Notes: generated from the sequence alone by a model not told the origin. A DNA stretch of 64,000 bases from Trichomonas gallinae (GCA_008369845.1 MRSU01010422.1:1-64000), one strand, 5' to 3'. Shown: positions 1-11,617, counted from the stretch's first letter. Numbers and translations: made by a program.

Positions 1-189
1 GATCTCAAAAGCAAGTGCAAATACATTGAAGGTCATGATAAATTATTATATATAGTTGGATCTAATCCATTGAACTTAGTTAGCTCTACATTAGTACGAA
101 ATGAGATAAAGAAAGGTCACCATATAGTTGGTTTAGTTGATCCAGCAGTTGCAGCAATTATTGAGAAGAATAACTACTATAAGGACTAA
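1..189 (+). CDS. 3' end of nicotinamide/nicotinate mononucleotide adenylyltransferase (partial, runs off the window start)
   Basis: Frame 1 is open from base 1 to TAA at 187-189: ...NPLNLVSSTLVRNEIKKGHHIVGLVDPAVAAIIEKNNYYKD. The SSTxxR motif followed by L.P.V..I...Y is the NMNAT/NadD C-terminal signature. Confidence 0.75.
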   Translation, partial: DLKSKCKYIEGHDKLLYIVGSNPLNLVSSTLVRNEIKKGHHIVGLVDPAVAAIIEKNNYYKD

Positions 190-802
190 AAAAAATGGTT
201 TGTTTTTATTGTATGCGTGCAGCTTTAATTGTATGCTCCACTAATAACAACAATTTCATTATTTCAAAAATCAAAAATAATAAATCCAATTGTCTCATTC
301 TGGAAAGTACAGCTTTATTATAATGCTTTTACATAATCATAATTTTAAATATTTAATGAAAATGCTTTACATGGAAGGAATAATCATATTAACTTCTTCA
401 AAAAGGCGTATAATATAGTATATGCAGTATATTATAACGATATATTGTAATGTAAAATGATGAACAGTCTATATTGATGACTTTTCAAATTATATATAAC
501 TATACTTTTATTCTTGCTCCTACAAAATGGTATTGTTTTTCAAAAAAAAAAAAAAAAATATAGTGGCATATGATATATAGATACATAATATCGATTTTGC
601 AACGAGAAATAAAATTCCATTCTCAAAATAAGTTGTTGCAGTATTTTTCCGCAAAAGTATGATAATTTTGAAGGAGCAAGAATACTTGCATTCGTTCAAA
701 AAATGGAACTATACTGCATACATGAGTGCCAATTTTGTAATTATACTGTTTATAAAAATCATATATTTCAAATTACCAAAATCGATTTTGCTCTGTGTGG
801 CT

Positions 803-1152
803 GTTTATCAATTCCCGGGAATTATGAGAAGGAATTTGACAACTTCATGATGACCTACTTATGAAGCCCAAATCAAAGCTGTTCTCCTGTAAAAATCTTT
901 TGCGTTGACATCTATTCCGGGAATTATAAAAAGGAGTTTAACAACTTCGTGATAACCTTCTTCTGAAATCCAACTCAATTTTCTTTCTTTTTTGTATTGA
1001 CATCAAAATTTCTTTAAAAATATATTGGCGAAATTTAATTTTGTGCTCTTCAAACGCTTACACAGTTCCTCGCTATTATGAGTTTTGATGAATGTATCAT
1101 TATTTATCATCGAGCGCATTGATTGGAAAGCTCCAACATTGGAAGAGTTCAT
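803..1152 (-). pseudogene. Internally deleted, degraded ankyrin-repeat gene
   Basis: ATG at 1152 gives MNSSNVGAFQSMRSMINNDTFIKTHNSEELCKRLKSTKLNFANIFLKKF*, homologous to the ORF at 15022-15372. After a frame break the sequence reads SEEGYHEVVKLLFIIPGIDVNAKDFYRRTALIWAS*VGHHEVVKFLLIIPG, i.e. ankyrin repeats with an in-frame stop. Confidence 0.8.
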
Positions 1153-1402
1153 TGATAAAAAAAAAAAAAAAAGATGGTAAATTTATCAAAAAATGATGGT
1201 AAATTTATAAAGACTATACTTTACAATGCCAAACTTTGATATATGACATACTAAATGGGAATAATGCGTTCGTTTCACCATCAATATATATATTTTATTT
1301 GAAGAATCATTTTACTTGATATAGATGCAATGCCTAATGATGTAACAGTAAAAAATATCCATTTATTGTGAGTAGTTTTGTATTTATAATGAAAAAAACG
1401 CT

Positions 1403-4400
1403 TTAAATGATTGGTGTTGTAAGATCTTGAGAAAGAGCTGATTCAGCGAGTTTCGCATTCTTTCTCTTAACAACGACGACAATAATGACAACAATTAAAA
1501 TGAGAACAACAACACATACTACAGGAATTCCAACATAGAGCAACAACTTGTGTTTCTTCGATTTGCTATCATCGCTGCTGCTCGAGCTTGTCTTGTAGAC
1601 AATGCATTTGTTTTGAACTGATGCATCCTTTGTATTGAACTTGGAGACAACTAAACTTTCATCGCAGCAGAAAACTTTAGTTGATTCGTTGACATTAACT
1701 TTTGATACGAAAGTGAAGGAATCAATAGAACACTTTCCTGTTGTATGTACAAAAGGAATCGTTGTGTTGTAGCTCATCTTCACGTTCGAGTTTTCGAAAT
1801 TCGTCATGTAGCCTCTCACCATTGAGTCATTTACATATATATCATTTACTGTAATAGAAGTGAACTCAACTCTTGGGGCAGAAACTGCATAAACCTTCTT
1901 GACCGTGAATGTTTCTGTGTTCTTAGGCATGAATCCTAATCCGCATGATTTCACTGCCGCGAACTTTTCTAATGTTATGCTTTTGCCGCTCGTTGAGTAG
2001 ATGTATGGACTCCAATTTTGAAGCGGCGGAATTATGTCATAAGTTACATCTACTGCATTAGTTGACTCAATGAAAACGCTTCTACCTTCGAAGAACATTG
2101 GAATAGCGATCGGGAAAGATCCATCTGTCTCAACTTTGATGTTCAAGTTCGCTATGTCGAATAAATCATTAGCCCAAACTGGTGCTGTAGGTGTGTGTGG
2201 GAATTTGCCTCTAAATATGTATTTGGAGACATTTAATAATTGAATCGTAGCAACTGAATATTTTTCACTTTTAACATCCCATGTCATAACTGGGTCGTTT
2301 TTGTTGCTTAGTTGGAACATAACGAAACCGCTTGGAGCAAATAAATGCTCGATTTTATCAGAATGATAGAGATCGATTCCATTGTCTACAAATGAGATCC
2401 TGTCTATAGCTACTTCAGGAATTACTAAGCAAAGTGATGGTTTCGATGTGAAGAATTTAATTGATTTAATATCGCATATGAATTTGTTCACATTTTCGAA
2501 GTTAGCGTCACCTATGAGTTCTGTTTGTAGGAGATTGGCCATTTTGCCCTTGAAAACTGTTTTTTCATCTAAAATTAATTTGGAATTGTTCTCGCAAATT
2601 AGTGAGCCAGTGAAATCATTGAATACACTTGAATGCTTCACATCAACGACGCCTCTTCCTGTAAGATCAAATTCTTCGAGATATTTAAATCCTGACAAAT
2701 CAAGGGTTGTTTCTCCGCCGAAGAAAACTAATGTAGAGATCTTAACGTTTCCGTTTGTGTTTTTGAGATTTGTCTTTGAATTTGAATCAAGTATCAAAGT
2801 ATGGACGTTTTGGATTTTAACATCATTAAGATCTAAGTCTATGTTGAGTCCATTGATATTCAGCTTCAAAGCACTGGTGTACGGCTGAATTCTGTTTGAA
2901 ATCGAATTTAAATCAAAATTCTCGAAGAAATACTTCTCTGGTCTTTCGAAACAATTTGATTCTTCACGTTTTCCACCGAAGCAAAGACGAAGATTGAATG
3001 ATAAAGCTGATGTTTGTAGAGAAATAATAAAATTCTTTCCTTCCTTCCTTGTTTGGAAAGATTGTTTAACTAGGAAAGCTGCGATTTCTCCTGCAACATC
3101 TTGTTTGACAATGAAATTGATCTTATCCATCGGCAAATCTGTGATTATTGCAATAATATCTCTTTTATTGTTGAAATAGAGGTCATCGAAGTAATTTTCT
3201 CTAAAAGCACTATCTTGTGTGTTATCAGAGTTGAACATGTAAATTAAATAGTCAACTTTTTCTATAGTTATTGGATAAGTTCCGTTTGTGGTGTGAACCT
3301 GCTTTAGAGCTGCTGTTTCGGCCATGGAAAGAGACTTTATGGTAACAGGGCAAGCTCCATAAACGAGATTTGCAAAAAGATTAATTTCAGCATCGATATT
3401 AACAGGATCTGGTGTTGAAGACGGGTGCAAATCAACTAATATTGATTTAATATTGAGTGGAACGTTTGATGTTATGCTTGTTTTTGGTTGTAATGCCCAA
3501 TTTTTGAAATTGTTTTGTTCTGATAGACTAAATTCGATTCCTGAATCATAAGAAGCAATAAAATCACTGGTAAATTGCTTTTTAACGGATAATTTGTTGT
3601 TATTTCCGAAGATTGCAAGAGTATCAATGATTAAATCATCATCTGTTTCGATTTTAGCGTTTCCTCTAAGAGAGAATGACATTGCTGGAATCTTCTTATC
3701 CGCATTATTGGAAATAGAAAGCTTAGAATCGTAAACACTCATATCAAGAACTGGTGGTTCCCATTCTACATGTGTTGGATTAATTTCGAGCTTGGCATCT
3801 GCTTTAACAGCCAATAAAGCTTGGGATGAGCGCTGTCTTTCACCTTGAGTGAAGGGAAATTTGAAAATTTTATCATTTGAGTATTTAATTTGGAGGATTC
3901 CATCTCCTATCGTGATCTTTGACTTATCATTGATCGATTTTACGGTCAATTTCGGATGTTTGCTCGTTTTGATTTCGATATTTTCTTTAAGTTGCTCTTC
4001 GCCTAGGATTGTTACCAATGTAGTAACGGAAATATCCTTAACTCCATATAGTGCATTGAATGGGCATTGTAATTCGCTGATTTCTAATGATGGTGAGTTT
4101 TTGAATACGATTTTCGATCCTTCATCGATAATAACATGCTGTACTTTAACATTTGCATTTGATGCTATATTAAGACTAATATTCTTAGCAACAAAGTAAT
4201 CTAATTCATTCATGTTCGAAATTTTAAGAATTTTTGTGTTCGAAACATCTCCAATGAATGTGAAATTAGTATTAGTTGAATAAGCACCAACATCTATTTC
4301 ATAATCATTAGAATCTAAGTTCAATTGGAGCGTAAAACATGATTCTTGATTCTTATTTTTAACAATTTCAGCAGTCATCGCAGACCAATCCGTGAATTTC

Positions 4401-4483
4401 GTGTAATTTGGGCCACAAAAATCATCAGATTTCGAATAGCAGAAATAAAAACTGCGAGCAGCTATAATAGATAAGAAATACAT
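1403..4483 (-). CDS. Large single-pass (type I) surface membrane protein, unknown function
   Basis: First ATG at 4483 (MYFLSIIAA, signal-like). About 980-aa N/S/I/T-rich ectodomain, Ser linker, TM helix LLLYVGIPVVCVVVLILIVVIIVVVV, then KRK and a short tail. Confidence 0.8.
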   Translation of the reverse strand: MYFLSIIAARSFYFCYSKSDDFCGPNYTKFTDWSAMTAEIVKNKNQESCFTLQLNLDSNDYEIDVGAYSTNTNFTFIGDVSNTKILKISNMNELDYFVAKNISLNIASNANVKVQHVIIDEGSKIVFKNSPSLEISELQCPFNALYGVKDISVTTLVTILGEEQLKENIEIKTSKHPKLTVKSINDKSKITIGDGILQIKYSNDKIFKFPFTQGERQRSSQALLAVKADAKLEINPTHVEWEPPVLDMSVYDSKLSISNNADKKIPAMSFSLRGNAKIETDDDLIIDTLAIFGNNNKLSVKKQFTSDFIASYDSGIEFSLSEQNNFKNWALQPKTSITSNVPLNIKSILVDLHPSSTPDPVNIDAEINLFANLVYGACPVTIKSLSMAETAALKQVHTTNGTYPITIEKVDYLIYMFNSDNTQDSAFRENYFDDLYFNNKRDIIAIITDLPMDKINFIVKQDVAGEIAAFLVKQSFQTRKEGKNFIISLQTSALSFNLRLCFGGKREESNCFERPEKYFFENFDLNSISNRIQPYTSALKLNINGLNIDLDLNDVKIQNVHTLILDSNSKTNLKNTNGNVKISTLVFFGGETTLDLSGFKYLEEFDLTGRGVVDVKHSSVFNDFTGSLICENNSKLILDEKTVFKGKMANLLQTELIGDANFENVNKFICDIKSIKFFTSKPSLCLVIPEVAIDRISFVDNGIDLYHSDKIEHLFAPSGFVMFQLSNKNDPVMTWDVKSEKYSVATIQLLNVSKYIFRGKFPHTPTAPVWANDLFDIANLNIKVETDGSFPIAIPMFFEGRSVFIESTNAVDVTYDIIPPLQNWSPYIYSTSGKSITLEKFAAVKSCGLGFMPKNTETFTVKKVYAVSAPRVEFTSITVNDIYVNDSMVRGYMTNFENSNVKMSYNTTIPFVHTTGKCSIDSFTFVSKVNVNESTKVFCCDESLVVSKFNTKDASVQNKCIVYKTSSSSSDDSKSKKHKLLLYVGIPVVCVVVLILIVVIIVVVVKRKNAKLAESALSQDLTTPII

Positions 4484-5307
4484 ATTTTGGCAGTTTGACG
4501 TCAAAAAAATTTATTTATTTTAAGGCTACACATATATAACATGCGTAAGACCCAAATTTTCAATTTTTTCAGAATTTGAACGAATTAATTTGGAAATTAA
4601 AGAAAAATATTTAAAATTGGTTCGCAAAGCATTATATATGCTATTTATATGTGATACAATTCTATTTTCATAGTGAGAAAAAAATAAAATCAAGATTTTA
4701 AAAATCTTATTTTAATTAAAAAGTGACACATCAAGCCCTGAATAAGGTTATATAAATATTATATATTATGATTTCGTATTTAAACTATTATAATCTATAT
4801 CAGCATAATTTCACTTTTTGTCATATAAGCATAGAGAAATATTGGAAATGATAAAATTCATATCAAAAGCCTAGTCTAAAGCGACTCTTACTTTAATTAT
4901 AATACTAAATATGTATATATAGTATTTAGACATAGTTTGAAATAAAATTACTAGAAAATCTAATTTCCACATCTCTCCAAAATATAGGCTGCTTTCTTAC
5001 ACTTATCAGCAATATCCATTAACATTGCTAAATGTTTATGCAAATTATAACCAACTATTAAATATGAAATTATTATGTGTTTATACTATAATGAATGAAC
5101 TGACAATGATATCCAATTATGCATCTCCTATATTTGTTTGCATATATTATATTCTTATGATATATAATGCAAGCATGAAAAACTTTGTCCATTGAAGTTT
5201 CATCCGAATAAATAAGGTTAATATTGTTTCAATATAATTATATGATTATTATAACATTTGGAGCTATTTTAAAATATATTCGAATAGAATGTTTATTTTT
5301 TAAAAAA

Positions 5308-5997
5308 ATGAGGCTGATTGTGCTCACTGGAGGCATCGCGTGTGGAAAGTCAACAGTTGGCGAGATATTTACTAAAAAATATAGCATTCCTATAGTTGAT
5401 GCCGACGCAATTGCAAGGAAATTGCAAGAAATCGACGGCCCAGCATATAAAAAAATGGTCGAAGCTTTCGGAGCAGATATTTTGAACGAGGATGGATCTA
5501 TTGATAGAAAGAAAGTCGGAGAGTTGGTTTTCAATAATCCAGAACAACGTGAAAAATTAAATTCGATTACACATCCTTTAATTCGCAAAGAAATCAATAA
5601 ACAAATAATCAAACACTTTTTACATTGCGAAAAATACGTTTTAGTTGATATTCCACTCTTCTTTGAAGTCAAGAAAAATTCAACAATTTATGCTGACGTT
5701 ATAACAGTTGCAACTACACCGAAACTGCAAATAGAAAGGCTTATGAAACGCAATAACCTCAGCGAAGAAGAGGCAACAAGCAGAATCAATGCACAGATGC
5801 CAATTGAAGAAAAATGTGCTCGTTCTTCTATAGTTATTAGAAATAATTCAACTCAAGAAGATCTAGAACATCAAATAGACGAAATATACCAAAATTGGGA
5901 AAAATCATTTCGAAAGTCAGATCTTTTGGATGTTAGATCCATATCAGCCCTAATCGTCCTATTTACATCTCTCGTTTCATACTATTTCTTCAAATAA
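5308..5997 (+). CDS. Dephospho-CoA kinase (CoaE/DCAKD type) with C-terminal membrane anchor
   Basis: MRLIVLTGGIACGKST P-loop, VDADAIAR, IDRKKVGELVF, LNSITHPLI, DIPLFFE, RINAQMP; hydrophobic C-terminus. Confidence 0.92.
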   Translation: MRLIVLTGGIACGKSTVGEIFTKKYSIPIVDADAIARKLQEIDGPAYKKMVEAFGADILNEDGSIDRKKVGELVFNNPEQREKLNSITHPLIRKEINKQIIKHFLHCEKYVLVDIPLFFEVKKNSTIYADVITVATTPKLQIERLMKRNNLSEEEATSRINAQMPIEEKCARSSIVIRNNSTQEDLEHQIDEIYQNWEKSFRKSDLLDVRSISALIVLFTSLVSYYFFK

Positions 5998-6648
5998 TTC
6001 TTTTCAAAACAAAAACTGTTTTAAATATAAATAATCTCGATTTTAATTAACAGAAACTATACATAATTTATCTGTTTTCGAGCAATCAATCCGCAAATGC
6101 TCTAATAACTTTATTTTCATTTTTAGCATGTACTAATGTTACTATGAAATGTGTGAGAGACATCTATCATACTGTTTTGTCAGAGATTATCCAATTCTCA
6201 ATTATTTTTTAAAAATATAACAAAGTTTGAGTATTAATATGCATTATTCTTTCAAATCAACAATCTTATGGATTTTATGCCAGGATAGACCATTACTAAA
6301 TGATATAATCTGGTGAATTGAATTCAGAATATTGAATGAAAAATATAATATTAATATATGCTGCATATTCAGATTTCCTAATTCCATTTTCAAAATAAGT
6401 TCAACAAATATACATCTTGATCCATAGAAACCATTTGAAATTTAATCAATATTTCGAATATATTCGAATTTTCCAAAAGTAATTGGTGATATATAAAGTA
6501 GTATGTATAATAATTGATATTATATGATTATTTAACAAAATATGCGTTTCTTTCTATATTTTGTCGGTTAAATGCAGATTTTGATTTGAAAATCTAATAT
6601 TATGATCATTGACATATTGTTTAAAATGATTTTTGAAAATTTAAAATG

Positions 6649-6658
6649 TGTCACTTTT
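6649..6658 (+). promoter_or_regulatory. TGTCACTTTT core promoter element (Inr TCACT; reverse complement of the trichomonad M2 motif AAAGTGAC)
   Basis: Ends 17 bp before the ATG at 6676; the same 10-mer lies next to several other start codons in the window. Confidence 0.65.
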
Positions 6659-6675
6659 CAAAAGTAAGCTGAAAA

Positions 6676-9600
6676 ATGCAAGCATCGACTCAAGGGGTAG
6701 ATGCGGACAACGAGCTTCTTTATCAGTCACAGAGTAGCAAATCCATGTATATTTTGAACAAGCAACTGCTGAAAATCGTCGAAAATATTCAAGCTGCTCA
6801 TGATAAGCTACTTCCGCTTACTTCAAATCCAAATATATTCATATCATCGGAGCAAATAAAGAAATTGCACCTCCCTACGTTCCAATCTATTCGAGAATCA
6901 ATAGAAACGATGCAAACTTTTCTCAGGAACCAAAATACATCAATTAATACAGAACAGCAAGTAGCCAACGAAAAATCTCGACTTTTCGCAAGTCTTTTCC
7001 ATAATTTTATCGAACAAGCTCTAACATTATTTTCTCGCGGAGCATTTCCTATTAATCAGTTAAATCCTCACGTCATCCAGCTCGCCAATTTGCATTTAAT
7101 GTACTTTAAGATGGTCAAAGACCCAGATTACCAAGTAGATAAAGAATTCTTTTTATCAACTTGGAATGCTCTTAATCAACTGTTCTTGAGCATGAAAGGT
7201 ATCATCAGGGAAATAGATTTCGGTTGCTACCCGCCGCAATTCGATGACATGTATCGTATATTATTATCGCCATATAATTTTTATATTCAAACAGATCAAC
7301 GCGCAATAGCTATTGCAAAGGATACCGGCGAAGCTCTCGACGCCATTAAAAGGCAGCTTTTATATCTAAATTCAGTTGCTGAGCCAACAATTTCGATTCT
7401 TAAAGATACAAAATTCATTTTAAACCATTACATCGCTGAATTCGAGCAATTTAAGGACTACGTCATCCAAACAAGGAATTTACGACCAAGCGACATCAAT
7501 ACAAAAGCGCAAATCAATAATCAATTAAAAGTTATCATTGATTCCGCGATTGCGGCCTTTGAACTGATTGATACGGCCGCTAGCATCGAAAATGTTATCC
7601 AATCTCCAGGTTTTGTCTTCTACAGCAGCATTTTTGCTGAGAGAGGATTATTATCTGGCGTTGTTCAGCAATCTGTCGACTTTATTACAGCAGAAATCAG
7701 GTCTCTTCTTACAGCCGGAGCAAAACAGGATTACGCAACTCATTTAATGCAACTTGTTAAAGGATTATCAGATTCTTTAAAGACAGGAACTCTTGATGCA
7801 GACGCTTTGAAGGATTTCGTGAAGGCAATCTCAGAATATGACCCGTCTTCCGATCAATCTGAAAGACAAATTATTCAAATTTGCGAAAAATCATTAAATT
7901 TCTACACACAGGGTCGTGACCAGGGCCAGAATATCATAGCAGCAAGAAATCACTTAGAAAATTTCAAACACGCAAGAGATAAAAGATCTTCATCTGCAGA
8001 AATCGCGTATCAGAAGTTTTGGTCTCTATTTTTGTTCTATTCTATCATCGGTGATGCTAACAACCAGCAACTTAACGATTATATCCATAAGAACTTGGTT
8101 GTTGCTGCAATTGTTGGACATCTTCATGAAGTTGTTCCTCTCATCGAAGATTCCATCAAAGAGATCAACAAGACACCTTTCCAAGACGCTTTCCACCACA
8201 GTGTCACAAAACAAAAAACAATTGTCGATAAATTAATCGAAATTATCGATAAATGGGATTTGGATATAGCTGGAGTATCAGTAAAATCCCAGTTCATTAG
8301 GATTTTATACTCATTTCTCAAATTCTGCTCAATTGTTTTGACAAATGCTGAATCTCAAGCAATGGTTGAAGGAGTTTCATTGATGTTGTCATATTTCCCG
8401 AATCCATCTGTTATAAGAGATGCATTGAACCTCGAAGAAGCCGTCACAGCTGTTTCTAAGCAAATATCAAAAATATTAGGCGAATTCGCTATAACAGCAG
8501 AGACAGCGATAGAAACAATCCAATTCCCTGTAGCTACAATTGACCAAAAAATCGAATCAGAGCTGAATATTCAAACAGAAATTACTTTTTACGAAATTCG
8601 CAAGCTGAACACATTAACAGAAGAAGTTGTTTTCATGTTCAAGTTCGTCACATTGTATGAGCGCTTCTTTGGGTCTTTCTGCCCACGTAATGGCTATCTT
8701 TGCCAATTATCGAGTTACAAACCAATGGAAGCAATGGAATTCAATAAGTATCTCGGTTTTATTACACCTTTCATACATATTTTAGGCTCCAAATCAGTCA
8801 AAACGAACTTAACAACGAATCTTTTGAAACATATTTTAATTTTCTTCTCGTCTGTTATGCTAGGCGATGTTCAAATGGTTAAAACAGAGATAGTCAACAT
8901 TGTTCCTTTGACTCCACACATAGATTTCAGTGAAGTAACATATAAAGCGATTTCCAACATTCCTAATTTTTACGTGCACATATTGGCGAAGGTCGGCAAC
9001 GACCAGTCGAAGATAGAGAACTGGATGGACCTGCTCAAGCTCTACAACTTGGCAACGACGCCCCTCGTCGCTTCATTCGTCAGCGGAAGTGTTGCTGAAT
9101 TCAAAGACGAAGCAGAACAGTTTTTGACGAGCGCGGAATCAATTGACAGAGAACTTGGCTCTTATTTCAGGGTCTTGTATTCAGATGTCCACTACTTCGC
9201 ATCGCACATAACAGCTGTCCACAACCTAGCCAGCGCAATGGAAAAGGCATTAAGTGATGACCTTCCGCAACAAATTCATTCAAAAGAGTGGCAAATCGCG
9301 AAACTCCACAACTGTTTTTCATTAAATATGTATCTCGCGTTTTCAATTGTCGCCAAGGACCTTGCTGCAAGGGGAGTCCTCTCTGAGTCCTCCTACACAG
9401 ACTACGAGAACTGCCTGAGAATCATTGCGAATGCAAGATCGTCAGCTTTCGATGATATACCTGAACGCGGCTTTGAATATCTTAAGAAATTCTACTTCAT
9501 TCTCAGAGGACAGTTGTATGCTTCAGCAACTGGCTGCTTAGAAAGTCGCGGACCGTCACTGATGTCTAAATTAGCAGCGTTAATAGCAGACACAAAGGAA

Positions 9601-10911
9601 GGAATATCGAGAGATACAGCAGAAGTTTTGAAGAAGATGGTTTCGAAACTTCACGCAATTAAAAACGACGACAATTGCTGGCAGCAGGAAAGAAAATGCT
9701 GCGAGATGAAAGACTTAATAATGATCTTGCAGTCTAGCACAGCTAAAGACGAAAAAGTCAGTGAAATCATTAGAGAATTTTTATATTTACTTGATACTGT
9801 TTTCCAGATATTTAATGCACAAAGGTTCGCATTCATGGTCGACTTGTTTTTGGTCAGAGTCGCATGCAACCTGAGAATAATTGTTCCTGAGATTTCGATT
9901 GAACCAACGAAGCCATGCGATGAGCAAGTTAAAGAGCCCAGCGAATTCCCACCACTGCCTAAATATCTCATGGACTTCCCGCAAATCAAGTCGAAGCTCG
10001 ACAAAATGTTTGAAGTGTCTGCGGGTGATGCTGACATGAAATCGATTTTAGAAGAAATTGTCGGCGATGTCAACAAAGTTTTCAAGGAGTGCATAGAAGA
10101 GACATCGCTCGGAGATGATTCCTCAGTCAAGGATTCATTCGATAGAACTCGCCAATTAATGGATGAAACAAAAATGTTGAGATCAGAGCTCGCAAATCAG
10201 TCAGGAAAATTACAGCAACTCAGTCAAAAGGAGTCAACAGCCAAGCAGAAAGAATTGGATCAGCTCGAGTCAGCTCTTGCTCGCTTGAGATCTGTCACTG
10301 ATTCGTGCGAGACAATCGCTGACAAGATTAGGACGTGCGAAGCAGATACTGCGAGGATGAAAGCAACAAGAAGGGAATACGAAGCGATGAAGGATAGATA
10401 CCTCAAGGCTCTTTCCGAAGGTGAAGTTGTCCACACTGAAGGCGAAAAGAACGAGACTGCTGGCGATGATAGAGCGAAGATCGCTGATCCAGCTGTAGTA
10501 GAGATGAGCCAGCAGCTGACTCAGTTGATGGAGGAAAATGCTGCACTGAGAAGACAGTTGAATGAAATCAGGGGAGCGAAAAGCGGAAAGTCTCAGGGAA
10601 GACAAGCTCTCAACGAACAGATCACAAAACTTAATGAGAGGAAAGAGCTTCTGCAGTCAGAGATTTCTTCCGTCAAGACTGAAGTACTGCAAGAATACGA
10701 ACAGAAGGCTGTCGAAAACGACGAGAAGTTGTTTGACGCGTTCGATCCTATAAGGATTCCACTCAGTGAAGGAAAAGGATTCACTAAGGAAGTTCTCGAA
10801 AAGGTTGAGCAGTTGGTTTCACTCATTTTCAATGCTAAGCAGGCCAACGATAAAGTTATATCTGATGCAAAGAAGATAGAATCTCTCAAGAAAAAAGAAG
10901 AGAACATATAA
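6676..10911 (+). CDS. Large alpha-helical hypothetical protein with C-terminal coiled coil
   Basis: 1411-aa ORF preceded by an Inr; heptad-rich E/K/Q C-terminal ~270 aa; no motif recognised. Confidence 0.8.
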   Translation: MQASTQGVDADNELLYQSQSSKSMYILNKQLLKIVENIQAAHDKLLPLTSNPNIFISSEQIKKLHLPTFQSIRESIETMQTFLRNQNTSINTEQQVANEKSRLFASLFHNFIEQALTLFSRGAFPINQLNPHVIQLANLHLMYFKMVKDPDYQVDKEFFLSTWNALNQLFLSMKGIIREIDFGCYPPQFDDMYRILLSPYNFYIQTDQRAIAIAKDTGEALDAIKRQLLYLNSVAEPTISILKDTKFILNHYIAEFEQFKDYVIQTRNLRPSDINTKAQINNQLKVIIDSAIAAFELIDTAASIENVIQSPGFVFYSSIFAERGLLSGVVQQSVDFITAEIRSLLTAGAKQDYATHLMQLVKGLSDSLKTGTLDADALKDFVKAISEYDPSSDQSERQIIQICEKSLNFYTQGRDQGQNIIAARNHLENFKHARDKRSSSAEIAYQKFWSLFLFYSIIGDANNQQLNDYIHKNLVVAAIVGHLHEVVPLIEDSIKEINKTPFQDAFHHSVTKQKTIVDKLIEIIDKWDLDIAGVSVKSQFIRILYSFLKFCSIVLTNAESQAMVEGVSLMLSYFPNPSVIRDALNLEEAVTAVSKQISKILGEFAITAETAIETIQFPVATIDQKIESELNIQTEITFYEIRKLNTLTEEVVFMFKFVTLYERFFGSFCPRNGYLCQLSSYKPMEAMEFNKYLGFITPFIHILGSKSVKTNLTTNLLKHILIFFSSVMLGDVQMVKTEIVNIVPLTPHIDFSEVTYKAISNIPNFYVHILAKVGNDQSKIENWMDLLKLYNLATTPLVASFVSGSVAEFKDEAEQFLTSAESIDRELGSYFRVLYSDVHYFASHITAVHNLASAMEKALSDDLPQQIHSKEWQIAKLHNCFSLNMYLAFSIVAKDLAARGVLSESSYTDYENCLRIIANARSSAFDDIPERGFEYLKKFYFILRGQLYASATGCLESRGPSLMSKLAALIADTKEGISRDTAEVLKKMVSKLHAIKNDDNCWQQERKCCEMKDLIMILQSSTAKDEKVSEIIREFLYLLDTVFQIFNAQRFAFMVDLFLVRVACNLRIIVPEISIEPTKPCDEQVKEPSEFPPLPKYLMDFPQIKSKLDKMFEVSAGDADMKSILEEIVGDVNKVFKECIEETSLGDDSSVKDSFDRTRQLMDETKMLRSELANQSGKLQQLSQKESTAKQKELDQLESALARLRSVTDSCETIADKIRTCEADTARMKATRREYEAMKDRYLKALSEGEVVHTEGEKNETAGDDRAKIADPAVVEMSQQLTQLMEENAALRRQLNEIRGAKSGKSQGRQALNEQITKLNERKELLQSEISSVKTEVLQEYEQKAVENDEKLFDAFDPIRIPLSEGKGFTKEVLEKVEQLVSLIFNAKQANDKVISDAKKIESLKKKEENI

Positions 10912-11599
10912 TAATTATATTGTATAAATTATTGATATTTTAAGAAATCATTTTTATAATAACTAACAACGTGTGAATATATTTATAACAATGATTCTGA
11001 TTTCAATCAGCATCAACATATGATATCATATCTGTGAACTCTTCATAGCAAATTTATTTAAAATATATATTTGATATTATAACATATTTTCACGGAAAAA
11101 TGATGAACGAATGAAAATGGAATAAGTTGAAGAGATAAGAATATAAAGAATATTATCATAATTAGAGCAGCAATCTGCATGTTGTATTATCTTAAATATG
11201 ATATTCTCCTCCAAATTTGAAGATGATTTTGAAATTAAAAAAAAATCTTCAAAATTGACATTTAATTCATATTAGCACATCATAGTAAGCCTGTATATGA
11301 TTTCATTTATAGAATGAATAAACACAAATCACCATGTTATTTTGGGACAGTTTCTGATTTATATAAAAGAAATTAACTACAGCTAGTATATGTATCAGAT
11401 AATTAACCTCAATTTCTATCTGTAACATAATTATCATGAACTAATTTTGAAGTGATCATCATGTTAAATTAGATTAATTTAACAACTTGAATTATTTCGA
11501 TTTTATTGCTATAAAATGATATGAATAGTTATAGTATAGTGAGTAAAAACCAAATTTTTATGAAAAAATCGGATCCAATAATTTTTTTGCGGTGAAAAT

Positions 11600-11609
11600 T
11601 GTCACTTTT
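11600..11609 (+). promoter_or_regulatory. TGTCACTTTT Inr/M2-type element
   Basis: Ends 8 bp before the ATG at 11618. Confidence 0.65.
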
Positions 11610-11617
11610 TAAAAAAC

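Noticed and set aside
434..442. ATAACGATA matching a Trichomonas Myb recognition element
   Set aside because: A short AT-rich word likely by chance, and not upstream of an intact gene.
4484..4504. Non-ATG or upstream N-terminal extensions in the ORF track (also 5224, 12909, 14469, 25590, 33490, 36266, 40642)
   Set aside because: They cross AT-rich UTR or Inr sequence; the downstream ATG fits homology and eukaryotic initiation better.
11214..11256. Short inverted repeat TTTGAAGAT...ATCTTCAAA (similar weak hairpin at 14563-14634)
   Set aside because: Short AT-rich stems are expected by chance; no ncRNA box motifs support them.
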